Assembly: GCA_034110565.1 (NCBI GenBank)
Contig: JAWUYY010000033.1
Coordinates: forward strand, 11,374-75,373
DNA from: Bermanella sp.
Lineage (GTDB): Bacteria > Pseudomonadota > Gammaproteobacteria > Pseudomonadales > Oceanobacteraceae
Length of the DNA stretch: 64,000 nt
Direction of reading: 5' to 3'
This document shows, piece by piece, positions 62,074 to 64,000 of the stretch (within the stretch, counting starts at the first letter, position 1; every line of letters starts with the position of its first letter). The translations under genes were made by a program, and so were the position numbers. The notes beneath the pieces are model-generated. The model was not told the origin of the DNA and did no database searches. It saw only the letters and a list, made by a program, of their open reading frames with translations.

Positions 62074-62811
62074 ATGACAGTGGTAAAAGGCAGCAAGCAA
62101 GAACACTTGGTCGTGGTAAGTTATGACCCATGGACAAGGTTTTTTAAACGTTTGCTTTTGCTGGTGATTATCGGAGCACTTGGCGGTGCCAGTTATCTAT
62201 TTGGTCGCTTTGAAGCGGCCCAAGTACAGTCACAAGCAATTGCTGAGCGAGACCTGTTAAAAGAAGATCTCAAAATGTCCCTTGATGAAATGGCGTCTTA
62301 CAGCCAGCGCGTCATCATGTTGGAAAAGGGGGGCGAAGTAGACCGCCGATCAACGGAAGGTTTACGTCAAAACCTAGTGGATTTAAGAGGGCAGATAGCC
62401 AGTTTGCAAGAAGAAGTGGCTTTTTATAAGGGCATAATGGCGCCCTCTACGCGCAAACAAGATCTGCGAATTCAAAAAATTGATATCACACCAACACTCG
62501 AAGAGCGTCGTTTCCGTTATAAAGTGGTTGTGACGCAAGTGGGCACTAATCAGCGCTTCGTGAGTGGTTTGGCGGCAGTGAACATCATCGGTGTTTTAGA
62601 TGGCAAGCAAGTGATTTATGGTTTGCGTGACCTATCGAGTGATGTTCAGGATTACGGTATTAAGTATCGATTCCGTTATTTCCAAGAGATTCAAGGGGAC
62701 TTGGTATTACCAGAAGGCTTTACGGCCGAGTCTGCAGAAGTGGTATTACAAACTAATGGTTCAAAAGCTAATCGGGTTGAACAAACATTCCCGTGGCCAG
62801 GAAAGGAGTAA
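62074..62811 (+). CDS. Membrane-anchored coiled-coil protein (DUF6776-like), bactofilin partner
   Basis: TM segment, coiled coil, EEVAFYK.IM.P and F.YFQ...G...LPEGF motifs. Confidence 0.75.
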   Translation: MTVVKGSKQEHLVVVSYDPWTRFFKRLLLLVIIGALGGASYLFGRFEAAQVQSQAIAERDLLKEDLKMSLDEMASYSQRVIMLEKGGEVDRRSTEGLRQNLVDLRGQIASLQEEVAFYKGIMAPSTRKQDLRIQKIDITPTLEERRFRYKVVVTQVGTNQRFVSGLAAVNIIGVLDGKQVIYGLRDLSSDVQDYGIKYRFRYFQEIQGDLVLPEGFTAESAEVVLQTNGSKANRVEQTFPWPGKE

Positions 62812-62813
62812 CA

Positions 62814-63242
62814 ATGTTGAGTAGTAAAAGTAAAAATCCAGGGCATTACGATACACTAATTTCTAATAAGTCAGAGTTCATTGGTGATTTACACTTTAGT
62901 GGTGGTTTACACATAGATGGCCGTATTAAAGGCAACTTGATTGCAGATGATCAAAGTGGTGCCGTTGTTCGCATCAGTGAAACAGGTGTGGTTGAAGGCG
63001 AAATTCGAGTGCCCAACATTATTATCAATGGCACAGTTGTGGGTAACGTTTACTCTGGCCAGCACATTGAATTAGCAAAAAAAGCAGTGGTTAATGGTGA
63101 CGTTCACTACAGCATGATGGAAATGGTCATGGGCGCTCAGGTTAATGGCAGCTTGATTCATCAAGCCACAGATAAAAACGACAAAGGCCGTAAGCAAAAA
63201 GAACCGAGAGTCGATTTAGCCGGTGAAACTAAAGTTGACTAA
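62814..63242 (+). CDS. Bactofilin (polymer-forming cytoskeletal protein)
   Basis: TLI.....GD..F.GGL.IDG...G, G.V.G.I and ING.V.G beta-helix repeats. Confidence 0.92.
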   Translation: MLSSKSKNPGHYDTLISNKSEFIGDLHFSGGLHIDGRIKGNLIADDQSGAVVRISETGVVEGEIRVPNIIINGTVVGNVYSGQHIELAKKAVVNGDVHYSMMEMVMGAQVNGSLIHQATDKNDKGRKQKEPRVDLAGETKVD

Positions 63243-63255
63243 AACACTCGGTTAA
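63231..63255 (+). promoter_or_regulatory. IscR type-1 site overlapping the erpA -35
   Basis: AAAGTTGACTAAAACACTCGGTTAA; TTGACT-N18-CATAAT. Confidence 0.7.
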
Positions 63256-63294
63256 TCTCATAATGAGTCAGATATATACCGAAGGTTTTGTAGT

Positions 63295-63624
63295 ATGAAC
63301 GTTCTTGCTTTAACCCCATCCGCTGTGCATAAAGTGCAGACACTCATTGAAGATGAAGGTGATGACAGCCTTTGTCTTAGAGTGTTCGTAACAGGTGGGG
63401 GCTGTTCTGGGTTCCAGTACGGCTTTACATTTGACACCGAAGTTTCCGAAGACGACGCTCAAGTTGAGCAAGAAGGCGTTAAGGTGCTGGTGGATTCCTT
63501 GAGCTATCCTTATATAGATGGCGCTAGCCTTGATTATCAAGAAAGTTTAGAGGGGTCTCGCTTTGTGGTCACAAACCCGCAAGCATCTGCAACCTGTGGT
63601 TGTGGTTCATCGTTTACTGTTTAG
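63295..63624 (+). CDS. erpA: Fe-S cluster insertion protein ErpA
   Basis: [17 protein letters not shown] and TCGCGSSF motifs; argC-bactofilin-erpA synteny. Confidence 0.93.
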   Translation: MNVLALTPSAVHKVQTLIEDEGDDSLCLRVFVTGGGCSGFQYGFTFDTEVSEDDAQVEQEGVKVLVDSLSYPYIDGASLDYQESLEGSRFVVTNPQASATCGCGSSFTV

Positions 63625-64000
63625 CGCCTTTGCGCTGCTAATCTCTTTAGGTTTCAGTTCACTTTCATGGACTGAGCCTAATTCACATATCGCCTTGCTA
63701 CATGCTCATACCCCAGAAGAACTGTTCGATATACTTGATCAGGCTGAGGACTGGGCGAACGCTCGCAGCGAATATCCTGACAATCCCATTGCTATTGTGC
63801 TGCACGGCCAAGAAGCGAATGCATTTGTTAAAAGCAATTATCAAATGCACCAGGCGCTTGTGGATAAAGCCGCCAAGTTAGATGCATTCAATGTGGTTGA
63901 TATTAAGATTTGTGAGACTTGGATGGGCATGAATCAAGTTCGCCGGGATCAACTGCCTGCATTTGTCGATACCGTGCCATTTGGCCCAGGTGAAGAAAAG
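63596..64000 (+). CDS. DsrE-like exported protein (3' truncated; not in ORF track)
   Basis: Hand translation: hydrophobic N-terminus, then HTPEEL...IAIVLHG.E...IKICETW...[12 protein letters not shown]; GTG start at 63596 or 63602 overlapping the end of erpA. Confidence 0.7.
   Translation, partial: MVVVHRLLFSAFALLISLGFSSLSWTEPNSHIALLHAHTPEELFDILDQAEDWANARSEYPDNPIAIVLHGQEANAFVKSNYQMHQALVDKAAKLDAFNVVDIKICETWMGMNQVRRDQLPAFVDTVPFGPGEEK

Overview
A 64-kb, mostly core chromosomal segment of a marine gammaproteobacterium. Gene order and content point to Oceanospirillales, Bermanella/Oleispira-like; this is an inference. The backbone runs ssrA-(porin)-smpB-NSS transporter-ratA-ratB-bamE-fur-recN-grpE-dnaK-dnaJ-dapB ... 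carA-carB-greA-bluB ... lipase/foldase ... polB ... hemL-hemJ-ClC-argC-bactofilin-erpA. The left end carries a minimal ~4.4-kb integrative element in the 3' end of ssrA. It encodes a P4-type integrase, AlpA, a wHTH protein, a YagK/YfjJ-type HUH protein and two cargo ORFs. Its distal att copy lacks exactly the U of the tmRNA G3-U alanylation pair, and it is followed by relics of earlier ssrA-trailer/att junctions. The richest unexplained signals are non-coding: (1) a ~270-nt structured, switch-like leader upstream of an acyl-CoA thioesterase; (2) a DnaA-box/IHF cluster with DARS-like geometry; (3) a Fur-boxed PrrF-like sRNA; (4) a leader-peptide attenuator upstream of carA. No CRISPR array, rRNA, tRNA or IS transposase was seen. 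All calls come from reading motifs by eye; no database searches were run.
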